A DNA stretch of 64,000 nt from the human T2T-CHM13v2.0 reference genome, Homo sapiens: the NCBI RefSeq assembly GCF_009914755.1, contig NC_060934.1, one strand, 5' to 3'. Under the pieces are notes generated by a model. It ran no database searches. It saw only the letters and a list, made by a program, of their open reading frames with translations, and was not told the DNA's origin. The position numbers were made by a program, and so were the translations under genes. Positions 27,941-41,304 of this stretch are shown piece after piece (positions within the stretch are counted from its first letter, which is position 1; each line of letters begins with the position of its first letter).

Positions 27941-28094
27941 GGGACCAGGAGCTCAGCAGGAGGCAGCACTGTGGGCAGGGGCGGGGCTGGGACCAGAAGC
28001 TCAGCAGGAGGCAGCACTGTGGGCAGGGGCAGGGCTGGGACCAGGAGCTCAGCAGTAGGCAGTACTGTGGGCAGGGGTGGGGCTGGGACCAGGA
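27941..28094. repeat. Minisatellite, ~3 x 48 bp, each unit with a G4 motif
   Basis: gggacc at 27941, 27989, 28037 and 28085. Confidence 0.9.
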
Positions 28095-29415
28095 ATTGAG
28101 TCTCCCTGGACTGGTCAGGGCCTGCTTTGCCCATGCTGTGTCCACTGTAAGTGAAATGCTGCTGTGCACCTGTGGTTTCGTGTAGGGTGGATCCGACAGC
28201 AGTCCAGGGGCCACGCAGGTTGTAGTCCCTGGGTATTCTGTGCTCGGGTTGTCAGCCTGTACCAGGGCAAGAAGCCAGCAGCAGCGGCTTTGCAAATGGA
28301 TCACAGTGGGTGGCAGGAGAGGGCACTGCCTTCCTGCAAAACCCACAGGGTCCCCAGAAGCTCCTCCCTTTCAATCCTGCAGCCCCGCCCTAACAGGTGC
28401 CAGCAGCACTCAGCGCCTGCAGCTTCCCCCACCCCGACATCCCTCCCTGGTGGCTCTGGGCAGAGTCCTCCTAATGAGACACACTTACTGTCCGCAGCAC
28501 CCCAGGGTGGGGTTTCCAGCAAGTCCCATCGCACAGCATTTCAATTACACGTCTCCTTGCGCCAAGCCACAGCTATGCCTTCTTCAAAGGGCTGCAGCCC
28601 TCCGCCCTGGTGGAGAGGCCTTTTCCTTGGATGCTCTCTGGAGCCCTGGGGGCGCTGGCTGCTGCTGTCACCTGCTATCCCTATGCTATTCAGTGATCTG
28701 AACTCAGCAGCCTCCAGACTCCCATCCCCTGGGGTAGTCATCCATTGATAGATCCATTAATAGATCCCTGTTCAAATCACAGGGAAGTCTCGCTTTCCTG
28801 ACAGCCCCTCGCTGATCCACAATCGGCACTTGCTCCTCCGGAGTCTGGCTCTGACAGCACCGTCACAGGTCCTTCCAACTCCACAGGTCATGGCCAGGTA
28901 GGAGGGCAGCTCGTGTCAAAAATGGCCTGAGCTGAGCGACGGCCCTGGAACCCCCAGGGGCCACCCAACACGGAAGGTGAGGTGTTAACAGCGACAGTGT
29001 CGGGACCAGGGCTGAGCTCAGTGGAGAGTGGATCCCACCTTGCCCAATTACATCCTAATAAGTGTGGAAAAAAGTGTTCTCATGGGAACTAATTAAGAAG
29101 AAGGTAGGTGAGGAGGCTGTGTCACTGTTTACTAGGGGACAAAGACATTGTATCTGAACAGAGAACTCCATAAATCTTGAAATAAATGAATGGATGTTTA
29201 ATAGTTTAAGGAATGCAATTAATTAGTGAAGGTTTTGCCAAACGTGGTTCCACCCAGGACTACTAAGTATGTTGAAAAGTGAGATTCTGTGTGAGTGGCA
29301 TTTTCATGGCCCTTATTGCAATCATCGGGATTTTTTTTCTCCCTGAATCTTTCAAAACTGGGTATCTTTAGTTGAAACACAATGTTGCTGCTTAAGATCA
29401 TGGGGAATGTCTTAG

Positions 29416-29449
29416 TCACACATACACACACTGGTTTAAAATATTTATT
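29416..29449 (-). terminator. Polyadenylation signal AATAAA (29444-29449) plus downstream GU-rich element
   Basis: Plus strand tttatt = AATAAA on minus. It is followed on minus by TGTGTGTATGTGTGA (29416-29430, CstF-type element), with TGTA elements upstream. Confidence 0.85.
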
Positions 29450-30201
29450 GATTAAAAAAAATTAAAAATTTTTTATACAAAGGTGATGAGAAAAAATCTC
29501 ATGCAAACTCCGGGCATACAATAAAAATAACTCAAATATTAATATGATGATTTTGTACAAAATAATTCTTTTGAAGTAGGACCGGTGGCAACCAACACGG
29601 CTCCCTGCTCCAGGCCGGGACGCCCCTCTGGGAGGAACGCGCGGCCACCCTTGGAAACCTGTAAGTGATCCACGGTCCAGGTGTGGAATGCTCACAGTTG
29701 TCACTATGATGAATGATGAAAACCCTATTGCTGCTACTCAGAAACGAGACTGAGACCTAGGGACAGAGTAAGGAATTCCTCAACACTGCGGGAATCCTGG
29801 AGAAACGAAGTAATTCACAAAGGTTTTCAGAAAAGTTTTCGCCAATCGTCTTAGGTGATGACACAAATGCCTTGAGATTGTTACAGAGGCTCCCGTTCCT
29901 GCTTCCCCACAGTCCTGCAGTGGATTGATAATTTGTGTATATTACAAGTAATTTGCATAATTAAAACAATTAAGGGATCGACGTATCACGGTGATTAGAA
30001 ATGCATCAAACTCTGAATGTACAAAAGAGAGAGCTTCAATATGAAACAGTAATCCTCTGAGAACGAAGACCCCGCAGTGCCGGTGCCCGCTGGGCCGTGC
30101 AGGTCTCGGCCGCCCCACGCCCGTGTCCGTCTCCACCGTGACCCCCTCGCCCCCGGCACGCCCAGGGTCAACCCCCGGGCTTATTGCATTTTTTCACAAA
30201 C
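29431..30201 (-). other. TCERG1L: TCERG1L 3'UTR (end approximate)
   Basis: Runs from the stop codon to about 13-20 nt past a minus-strand AATAAA; the distal part is AU-rich. Confidence 0.8.
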
Positions 30202-30358
30202 TCATCTCATTTTCCGCAGCCTTAGTCTGTTTTCCTTGTCCCGTTTCTTAAGAATAAGTATGAATTGGTTGAAAAAATGCTCCTGGTCCTTTCTTTTTTG
30301 AACAAGTCGGAACCTCTGATCCCGGCCGTATTTCTCTGCAAACTCCTTAAACGTGGTC
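30202..30358 (-). CDS. TCERG1L: TCERG1L last exon, coding part: (R)[51 protein letters not shown]-stop
   Basis: tttctttttcag|GACCACG...; 1 nt + 51 codons + TGA at 30202-30204. FF-domain motifs TFKEFAEKY and DQRF are present, and the splice phase is consistent. Confidence 0.95.
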
Positions 30359-31664
30359 CTGAAAAAGAAAGAGTTTCCTGAGACACCTTCCAGAGAGCAA
30401 CTCTGGCCTCCCCAGAGATCCTGCAGCGGCACCGCCTGAGCAAGCATCCAGCCCTTCCACCAGGCCTGGCCGTGGGTGGCAGGGCACCCGGTGGGTGAGC
30501 GGCTCTGACCAGCCGTGCCTGCTCCTCACCCGGGTCCTGCAGGGCCCTGACCCACCCTCACTTGCAGGACCCCCTTGTCTCTCCTCTGAGTGGTCTCCGG
30601 AAATGAGCGGCCCCCACCAGCCTCCTCAGCCGTCTCATGCAGCTGTCACTCCCCCAGCCGCCCCGATCACAGCTTTGCTGGCCAGGTCTCCTCCGCCCCT
30701 CCCTTGCTGCCACCAGGCTCTGCCTGCCACGGTCTTTCTTACACTGTTCCCTCTGCCTGGTACACCCTTCCCTTGTTTCTTCCCCCAGTTAGAGCTGCTC
30801 GTCATGAGAAACCAGGCCAGGGAGTCTTCTTTGGGAAACTCGCCCTATCTAGAGGCTCAGAGAACTGTGACTCCATCACAGCCCTCTTCACAGTGGTGAT
30901 CTTGTTAAACCTCACTTGCGGAACTGGACTCCCACATTCGAATGAGGGAGACATTATCTGCTTCGTTCTCCAATAAATGCCCTGAATGTCCAGCCCAGTG
31001 CCTGGCAAGTAGTGAGCCCCAAACACTGATGGAGCGAATCAGAGCTGCCAGGCCAGGTGGTGCCCCGTAAGAAAATGCGAGCGACCCAGCCTAGAGCAGC
31101 AAGGCTGTTCTCAAGGCTACGGCAGCTTAGAGGGCAAAACAGGATGCGCCTCTGCTGTGACCAACTGACCTTCGCAGGCACCGGGCCCCGCAACTTCCTG
31201 TTCTCTTAGCCTTGAACTTGAAGCCAGGGACAGGGACAGAGGTAGAGGGACCAAGGCCTGGAGCCGCTGGCCTATGCAGATGCACTCGCTTGTCCAGCGA
31301 CAGTCGGGCAGGGCCTGGCCTGGGCAGTGTGCTCTGGGGTGCACGGAAAATGTGGACATTCTTTGTCCGGGGGATTCTTCTTATTCCCTCCCACTTCTCC
31401 TTACAGAGAATTTTACACTTCCTTGCAGACACGGAATTATTGTGTTAAATTATTATAACTTAATAGCTTCTGAAATATACAAACAACAAGATTATGCCGA
31501 CATGGCTGTTAGAAGACAAGACAAATAATTAGCAGACTCATGCTCATTTCTGTCATTGAACAATTCGTCTCATTCCTTCCCCAAGGCGCTGCCGTTTTCC
31601 TGCTCTCCGTCTGTGGGGGTGCTTGTTTACACATCTCTCGCAAGAAAAGCGCTTCTCTCTGGCT

Positions 31665-31790
31665 TCCCTCTTCCTCCCTCCCTCCTTCCTGCCCTCTCCC
31701 CTGCCTTCCCTTCCTCCTTCCTTCTCTCCCTCCCTCCTTTTCTCCCGGTTCCTTTCTTCCTTCTCTCCCTCCTTCCCCCTTCCTTCCTTT
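31665..31790. repeat. Polypyrimidine (CCTT/CT-rich) low-complexity tract
   Basis: Direct inspection. Confidence 0.85.
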
Positions 31791-32210
31791 ACTGATGTAA
31801 CCACCTTGGTGTACCTTGGCTAAGCCACACTCCACCCCGACCTGCGGGGGATGAGTCAAACGGTCAGACTTGCCTGGGCTTGTTCCACGCTCCCCTGGCT
31901 AGACAGGCATCTACACATTCTCAGTTAGGGGCTGGACAGGGGCAGCTGCTAGACAGGCCCTATTCTGGGCCTCTCTGAAAAGAAGAGTCCCTGAAAAGAA
32001 AGGGAGCCTCCCGCTTCCGTGGCCCCTTAGCCATGCCAAGGGGCAGCAACCGGCTTTCTGCTGATGCTGATGAGCTGTGGTGTGAACTCACGAAGGTCAG
32101 CTGATTCACAGGCCCTGGATCTCTGCTCTCCCTCTGCTAAGTGGGACTCGGGCCAGCCTGCCATGAAGGAGGCGGCTGCTGCAGCTCTCAGGAAGGAACA
32201 CTGGGCGGCT

Positions 32211-32320
32211 AACCCCACCGGGCGGCCAACCCCACCGGGTGTCAACCCCACCGGGCGGCCAACCCCACCGGACGGCCAACCCCACCGGGCGTCAACCCCA
32301 CCGGGCGGCCAACCCCACCT
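32211..32320. repeat. GC-rich repeat of 16-17-bp units arranged as 2 x (17+16+17)
   Basis: aaccccacc at 32211, 32228, 32244, 32261, 32278, 32294 and 32311. Confidence 0.9.
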
Positions 32321-32717
32321 GGCTAGGACCCAGTCCCCGGTAGCTGCTCTCCCGAGAGGCGGGCAGGGCTGGGGCTAGGGGCTGTCCAGGAGTGTTCTGG
32401 ACTGTCCCGTCGCCACCATTCCCACAGGCTGCTCAGGACCGAGGCTGAGACGGGCGACCAGGACGGGACTGTATGGCTGCAGGAGGCTACACAGCCTCAG
32501 GAGGCTGCTTCTAAGAGGCCCACGTCGCCTGCATGGGGACGCGCCTGGCTCTCCAGCATGTGGTCATTTGAATTGTACATGTTTCACTAGGATGCCTACA
32601 GAAAAGTATACAGAAGATCTGGAAAAAGTTTTTGAAATGTTGAAAACTTAGCTACTTTTAAAATGAAAAAAATAGCTTTATAATTATCAAAGCAATATAT
32701 CCCAGTGTAAATTTTAA

Positions 32718-32815
32718 AATAATTTGCTACATTATAGTAAGCATCTTATCTCTATGTGCCCTATAACATTATGTTGTATAGTTTAAATATATACAATAAA
32801 ATTTATTTTAAAAAA
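32718..32815 (+). mobile_element. L1MA-type 3' terminal fragment
   Basis: taatttgctacattatagtaa...ataacattatgttgtatagtttaaatatatacaataaaatttattt resembles old L1MA 3' ends. Confidence 0.6.
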
Positions 32816-33658
32816 TAGCAGGCAATTAACTCTCATTTTAAAAAGAGTCCGTTTAACTCCCTTCTAATTTCTACCACTCGTTTTCCTTCTGTGTGCGTGT
32901 ATGTGTGTATGTCATCTTTTTTAAATGGCTCAATGCATTCCGAATATTTTTTCCGTTGTCTTCATGATGTATTCATGGGAAGGGGAGTATGTGGCTTATT
33001 GCTGCTAGTTTATCAATAGAGAATGCTGGCCAGATGTCTTTAACAGTAATGATGGTCTCAATAGCAGTAATGACAGCTACCACTTTCGGAGCTCCTCCTG
33101 CCTGCCAGGCACCGTCGGGGTCCCTCCCTGCAACTCCTCACGCCATCCTCCTCGTCACTTTCTGAGGTGTGTGTGGTCATCCTCCCATTTGGAGGAGGGC
33201 TCGGGAGCACAGGAAGGTCCAATACTTACCCCATGGCCAGGAGAAGATGGGCCAGGGCCAGGCTGTGAACCAAGGCAGAGAAGGGGCTCCAGCACCTTTC
33301 CAGAGCCCTTGCCTCCTCCGCCTCTGTCCCAAGGCCACCTGGTGGGTGGACACAGCTAAGCCATGGCTAGAACCCAGCATTCTCATGACTGCTTTAACAA
33401 TGGAAAATCACAAGTTGCAGGCAACAGGACACACATTTCCTTGTCTACATTAGCACTTGTGATGAAGATAATTCATGCTATTTTTTCCCTATTCAGAAAG
33501 TACCTGTCCTTAGAATAGCTAGAGAAGTTTTATGAGGATTGTGTAACTAGCACTAACTTAGGTCACCTAATTCTTGATCAACCAAATCACAGGTCAAACA
33601 AAGGGGGCCTATGCCTTCATAGAAAGCATCAATTAATGTCCATTTAAAAACCGATGCG

Positions 33659-33948
33659 GGCCAGGCGCGGTGGCTCATGCCTGTAATCCCAGCACTTTGG
33701 GAGGCCAAGGCGGGTGGATCACAAGATCAGGAGATCCAGACCATCCTGGCTAACATGGTGAAACCCCGTCTCTACTTCTCTACTAAAAATACAAAAATTA
33801 GCCGGGTGTGGTGGTGGGCACCTGTAGTCCCAGCTACTTGGCATGTACCCAGGAGGCGGAGCTTGCAGTGAGCCGAGATTGCATCATTGCACTCCAGCCT
33901 GGGCAACAGAGCGACTCCATCTCAAAAAAAAAAAAAAAGAAAGAAAAA
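33659..33948 (+). mobile_element. Alu (AluY/Sc-like) with internal right-arm deletion
   Basis: Dimer lacking the ggaggctgaggcaggagaat segment. Confidence 0.92.
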
Positions 33949-33957
33949 ACTGATTCT

Positions 33958-34275
33958 GGCTGGGCATGGTGTCTCACGCCTGTAATCCAAGTACTTTGGG
34001 AGGTCGAGGTGGGTGGATCACCTGAGGTCAGGAGTTCAAGACCAGCCCGGTCAACATGGTGAAACCCCATCTCTACTAAAAATACAAAAATTAGCTGTGC
34101 ATGGTAGTGGGTGCCTGTTATCCCAGCTACTTGAGAGGTTGAAGCAGGGAGAATTGCTTGAACCCCGGAGGCAAAGGTTACAGTGAACCAAGATCGTGCC
34201 ATTGCACCACAGCCTGGGTGACACAGCGAGGGTCTGTCTCAAAAAAAAAAAAAAAAAAAAAAGAAACAAACAAAA
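33958..34275 (+). mobile_element. Alu (AluS-type)
   Basis: Full dimer with a long A tail. Confidence 0.95.
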
Positions 34276-34367
34276 AACTGATGCTGCATCTTCCAGTCTA
34301 AAATAAAAATACATTGTTAACCATTTTTATGCTTACGAAACTTACAGTTTTATAGTTCTAAAAGTAG

Positions 34368-34686
<319 letters not shown>

Positions 34687-35345
34687 CATGTTCATTACTT
34701 TTTAAAGATCAGTCAATTAAAGCTAATTTTTAAGAAAGAGTTAAGCTTATGTATTCTTCCAATTTCTAACATCTATTTTCTTGTAAGTGTGTCTTATTTC
34801 ATGGAAATAATGCCTCATTTATTATTTTAGTAAGTTTTGGCAACCTAGTTAACTCAGTTCACTTGTCCGGTGTATCAAATCTTCATTTTACTCTGGGACC
34901 AACTGTTAAGACATCTGGAACCAAGGGGTGTGGTAGGGGTTATGGTGCTGTTGTTTGTAGTCAGCTTTGCATTTTTGCTTCTTGATCATTAGATCAGAAA
35001 CTAGACCTCATCTCATGAGTGCTCACGTATTGATTGGTTATTTGGGTCAGTCAGGGCTGCTGACGTTTGAAATGCATGCAGGGTAGGAATAAAATGGTTG
35101 TGATGCATTTGGTTAGCAAATAGCCCACTTTCCCAGGACTGATGAGAGGGACATTTGGAGGCTCATGACAGGCAGCATGATAGAGGGGAGCCAGGCTGGT
35201 CTCACTGGCAGGTCTTCAAAGCTCACACTTTCGTGTCTGTGGAAGGCTGGGTTACACGATTTAACAAAAACAAACCTGAAGAGTCCTCTTGTCATTGGTA
35301 AGTTCCCAGCCCCAGAAATCATCCGGTATATTTCTCTCTCCATAC

Positions 35346-35464
35346 CTGGGAGACACTTTAGATTCCTCTAGAAGTTTCTTGAATTCTTCTTTGGCTAGCA
35401 GCAATTTACTTTTCTTTTCCTTGTATTCTTCTTTTATTCTTGTCTTGACAAACTGTTCAAATAT
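35346..35464 (-). CDS. TCERG1L: TCERG1L penultimate exon, 119 nt: [39 protein letters not shown](R)
   Basis: gtgttttaag|ATATTT...CCCAG|gtatgg; 39 codons + 2 nt, which matches the 1-nt lead-in of the last exon. End of the first FF domain and first helix of the second. Confidence 0.95.
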
Positions 35465-36880
35465 CTTAAAACACAGATACAGAAGAAAAACATCATGAAA
35501 TTGCATATCAGAAATGAAATCTTGTATTCCAAGCACAACATGAGAAAGCAGCAAGAATCTATGGCAAAAGCTGTTCTTGTTTACAGCTGCTGGAGTTATG
35601 AGCAACAGCCTTTCAGCATAGCTCTCAAGGATCCAAGCAGTCTGAATAATTAAACCTGGGTGCCCACACGGCCCGGCATTTCTCTACATGCAGGCGCCAT
35701 TTCTGGGTCAAACGTGAAGCAGCCCTGCTGGAGAAACCCGGAGAATGACTTGGCTGCCCTCTCTGCAGGCGTCTGGAACCAAGTGGCGGTTTGGAACCCG
35801 TGCTGTAGGCTGCAGTGGTCCTCACTGTGCCCTCTGAGCAGCATCTGTAACGCGCGGCCTCCCACTGCCTCATCACGGCCAGTGGCACCAGAACACAGCA
35901 GAGCACTTAGTTCGTGCTAGTCACTTCCTAGGGTGACGTAATTGACATTCGAGTCTCCCAAAAATGACCTTAACTTGTGGAAAGAAAGTAAATTCTGCAT
36001 CTCTGATCCCCACTTGTGAACCTGGGCGTCTGGTGCCTTGGGGAGGACTCAGGGTGCATAAGTGGTCTCTTCTGAGGGGGTCACAGGATGCCAGGCTGCC
36101 TGGGTCATCAGTGTGGAAACAACTGGCCAGGAGGCCTGACCCTCGGGCACTGGGCACTCCCATCTGACCAGAAATGCATCTCAAATGCTGCCCCAAACAG
36201 GAAAACCCTGCTCCTCAATGGGAGGGACATGCACATCAGCTGGCAGGCAATTCTGGGCAAGGCCCCAGGGCACTTCTCCTGGAACCTGGCAGCCCGCATA
36301 ACGAGATGCAATCTCTTTGTGACAGGCCACAGAACCTCTTCTCTGTCAGGGTAAGATAGATCATTGTTCTAACCAGCGAAAAATGGTCATTTATAGACTA
36401 CGGAGTCAAAGAGGGACAAAGTTCTTTCATTCCTAATGCTACCCCAAACTCAAGAACGTTAAAAATAAACTGAAGATAAGTGTTTACGCAAACATAATAA
36501 AAATATCAAGAGAAAGTCCACATAGGATCCTATCAGGCCAATAAATAGCAACTGGGCACCAATCCAACCAACGGCCAGGCAGATCCTAGAATGTGACCGA
36601 GGACCAAGCAGGCAGCTTCTTCTACACTCATGCCAAATGAGTGGGGATGAGAAAGCAAGGGTGGGCAGGTGAAAGCCTCGACCCCAGCACTGCTCAGCCC
36701 CTTCTCCGGAGTGGCTTTCTTCCCACTTTGTCTTATTGTTTCAGATTCCATGTCAGCAGTGGCAAACCTTTACAGGATTATGAATACAAAATGCCACTGG
36801 TCCCCTGAAGATACAGCAGCGAAATGAAACATCCACAAATATGACCTAAATTGAGAATATGTGCATGTATATGTAAGTAA

Positions 36881-37207
<327 letters not shown>

Positions 37208-38741
37208 TAATTGGCTTCTTATGCCTTCAAGGCAAATAGCAATGTAAGTTCTTAGTTATCTTATATTTAACTAATAAAAAATTAATGCAGGGTTATTATC
37301 CAAATAAAAGCATGTGGCTCCATCATTAGCTAGAGTTTTGCTCTATTAATTTTAGACCTAGAGAGAAAGCCTGGCTGGCCGTGGGGTCAGGGCTCTTCAG
37401 AAATGCCTGCTTCTCTCTCTCTGCCTAGAACCATTTCTCCATCTCATCAAATGCTTCTCTCTTTCCTCTCCCTTTGCTCTGTTACTTTATTTTATGCTGC
37501 TATAATTTAACATCGCAGGTTTTGTTTTTCATCCTTAACAAATTATACCAGCTTCATCCAAAGTGGAGCATGACTTTTCAAAAGAGATTCCACTGGCTGT
37601 TATATCATTGCTGTATGTTCTAGCGCAAAAAAACAAAACACTATTTGTTGCCATAGAAACAGGCCTGATTCACACTCCCTCGACCCTGATTCTGTGTAGG
37701 ATCACCCTCTTCTCCTGTGCAGCTCCCCCGGCAGAGGAAGGGCTGTGATTTTCACACCAGGGGCCTTAGCTTTCCCCATGAAAACGCTGTGTGACACCAG
37801 GTCCTGTACAGATTCTATGTCTGATACTTCTAACCCAATTTCTTCCTAAATAGGACTGTGGTCTTTGGATGGGGTCCAGCTATGATTTCTTTCCATCCCA
37901 TTCCTCATACGAGCTGCCATGCTCCCCTTTGATGAGGTTGCAGGCACTTCTTCTGAGCGCTCTCTGGACCCTCCAGTGCACTGGCTATGGCGTGGCCTGC
38001 TTCCTCCTCTTTCCCACTGGACCTTCTGGGACCAAGTTGCAGGACGTTAGGACAGGCCCACAGTTTCCTCTGGGTGATGTCACAGGGACGTTTAAAGGTT
38101 TTCCCCAGGCAATGGGTACTTAGCATGAGCTATATTCTCATCTCATCTATTTGCAGAGGACCAGCCCAGGCAGGCCCAACTCCATCAGGGTTGGCATCTG
38201 CTGTCTCTGACGATGGCCTGAGGAAGGTCCAGCCTCACAGTGCTCCCTTGGATGAGCCCTGGGTGGGATGCCCATGTCCCCCAGACATCAGGGGACCAGC
38301 GCTGCCCTGCCCATGAACCACGTCCATCCAGCAAGCAGACTGGGCCCCTGTGTTCCCAGCTGTTCTAAGAGATGTGCCGTAGCATGTAAACGAGAATATT
38401 TGGAAGGGGCTTGATCATAAGTTGGAATTTTCTTTTTGCGGTGAGAATGATCTTACTTATTCAATGTTTTTTAAAGGGACTAACGGCCTCAAAAGGTATC
38501 CATGGCACAGAGAGAGAACAACTGGCAACAGCAAACAAGTTGGTGGTGGCACACGTGGCACGTGCCACGCACGCCACACACAACCCACACGCCACACACA
38601 GCACACATGCCACACACGCCACACACGCCCCAGATGTACTGATGATTTTAGACACTGCCCGGTTTATGGCTCCTGCCTATGCCCTCCAGTGATTCTGTCA
38701 CATAAAATCACAGGCTCCTTGTTATGCTTCTCCATAGCTGA

Positions 38742-39063
<322 letters not shown>

Positions 39064-40150
39064 TAAAATTGCAACAAAAGGGTGAAATATGACCAGTTAT
39101 TAATGTCTATGGTTTTCCTTTGCTATAGGAAAAAATTATATAACACCCAAACTCAGCTAACTCTATTGTAGCATTTTTTGAGGCTGTGATGACACATTTC
39201 ACATATTTTAAAATATTTCTTTATAGAAAATGAAACTCAGCTAGAAGACAATAAAATATTATTAATTCCAAGTTCTTGAAAGGTTCAAGTTCTGTATTCC
39301 AAGGCAGTCAATCCCGGGAACACGTCACACTGCCCGGCCTACCCCTGAGCCTGCTCCAGGGAGAGGGTCCAGTTCCAATGAGCAGAGTGGTGGGTCGAGG
39401 GCTGGGAACGGGAGTGAGGACAGAGCGGGAGTTGGTTACAACGAGCAACGCGGGTCCATGTGACTGAGACTCTGTGGGTTCGTGCTTCACTGACACCATC
39501 TCAGGCATTTGCTTAAAGGGATTTTATGAGCAGAGGACAGAATTGAAAATAAAATGGCAATTCCCATACCCTCCGTCTGGGGCTTTATCAGACTCTGCTG
39601 GTGTGAGAAATCCAGTGGACACCAACATGGGGGCCCCTGGTCACAGAACCCCTCCTCCCCTAATTAACTCTGGCTCTTCTGTTTTCAGCGGCTCTTCTTG
39701 ATAGCTCCCCTTCCACGTGCATCATTTCTGAACTCAAAGGGCAAAGAGAGGGCAAGACGTGACCGCACACATGGAGTCTAACTGGGGCAGGGAAGTCCGG
39801 ACCTTCCAGAGTCTATCTCAGGGCCCTTCTCAGACGTGATCCACGGGCCACACAAACCCAGGCTGTGCTCGCTGATGCCGTCAGACCATCGGTCCCTCTC
39901 CCAGCAACAACAGGCCCCTCCTGTGAGCCAACACCATCTGTCCCTCGTCTGTTTGATATGGAAAGCAGTGTTGGCTCAGGGACCTACTTTGTGAAAAGCT
40001 AGGGCAGAGCCCTGGCAAGTCTCTCCTTAAAATAGTCCCCGGAGAACCCCCTCTAATCAATTCCGTGTTTTCTGGGTGGCGTTTTGTAGAACTCCACCCT
40101 TCACTGTGCTGCTAGTGTTCTCTGGACCACTCCTATTTCATCACTATTAT

Positions 40151-40916
40151 TGTCAACCTGAAGAACAAGCAGAAAGAGGCTCTCTGAAATGAAATGGATG
40201 CTTATTTGGGAAGAGAGCATTGCAATGGGAATACACATGCCATCGTAAATGACAAGAATATTCAGGGAGGTAAAAAAAAGGCAATAATTTTTAAGGAAAA
40301 ATAAATGAGAGGATTAAATCATTGTTTTGACATAATTATCTTTGGCTACAGAGATCCATAACAGGACGAAGCCAGTCTGAGGAGGGACAGGCAGTTGTTG
40401 GGCAGGTGTCCTTGCAGAAGTGCTTTTTGTGTGTATAAGGTTGTGATGAGCCAGGTGCGGTGGCTCACGCCTGTAATCCCAACACTTTGGGAGCCCAAGG
40501 TGGAAGGATTGCTTGAGCCTAGGAGTTCAAGATGAGCCTGGGGAATATACAGCAACCACATCTCTACAAAAAGTACAAAAATTAGCCAGGCGTGGTGGCT
40601 GGAGCCTGTAGTCTCAGCTGCTCAGGAGGCTGAGGTGGGAGGATGGCTTGATCCCAGAAGGTGGAGGTTGCAGTGAGCCAAGATTGCACCACTGTACTCC
40701 AGCCTGGGCAACAGAGTCAGATCCTGTCTAAAATAAAATGAAATAAAATAAAATAAAAGGTTTTGACGGCCTTGTGTGCAAGACTGTGGTTCTTGTAGAG
40801 TCTTTTTAGTTATCAGGTATACAAGTATGAGAACCCTCTCTTCATGGCCTTCCTCCATTCTATTTGTTAGGGGTTTCTTAACATTAGTGACTTCATTTTG
40901 ATTCTGACAACTTTCA
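40151..40916 (-). mobile_element. Solo ERV1-type LTR interrupted by an Alu
   Basis: Minus strand begins TGAAAGTTGTCAGAATCAAAATG and ends ...GACA; flanked by tattat on both sides. Confidence 0.7.
40449..40757 (+). mobile_element. Alu (AluJ-like) inside the LTR
   Basis: ggattgcttgagcctaggagttcaag and ggtgggaggatggcttga are J-type diagnostics. Confidence 0.93.
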
Positions 40917-41304
40917 TATTATATAAGATTTTAAGCATATAAAACCTTAAGGTCTTATGTAAGACCACCTCTTTCACTATCTTTATATAATACCTTAAGT
41001 ATTTCATATTTTTAACATACGATTTATAGTCATTTGGAATGAGGGTCAATGTTCCTAAAATTTACATGTTCATCTTTAAAAGTATTTGTCTTCCAGGGTC
41101 ATAACCAAATACTGAGGTAAGAATAATGACCAGAATAACCTTCCTCAGTCCCTCTAACTCTTTTGTTCACAAGCTCGCAAGCCACTGGCCAAATTTACAA
41201 CATGGGTGTCTGTTATTGAGCAATGAAAAGCTCCCCAGATCCAGGATGCAACAGTCGCTTTCATGCCATGTCTCTGCAGTCAAAGTGCCTTCCCACCCAG
41301 TTAC

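Larger units (their letters stand above)
32140..32817 (+). ncRNA. Probable intronic antisense transcript (TCERG1L-AS1-like); boundaries approximate
   Basis: CpG-rich 32200-32550 followed by plus-strand AATAAA at 32795-32800. I recall an annotated TCERG1L antisense lncRNA in this locus, but transcription cannot be shown from sequence. Confidence 0.4.

Noticed and set aside
30359-30447. N-terminal extensions of track ORFs overlapping the true exons (also 35465-35605, 35261-35345, 41167-41304)
   Set aside because: They lie beyond canonical splice sites and are intronic; only the spliced portions resemble FF domains.
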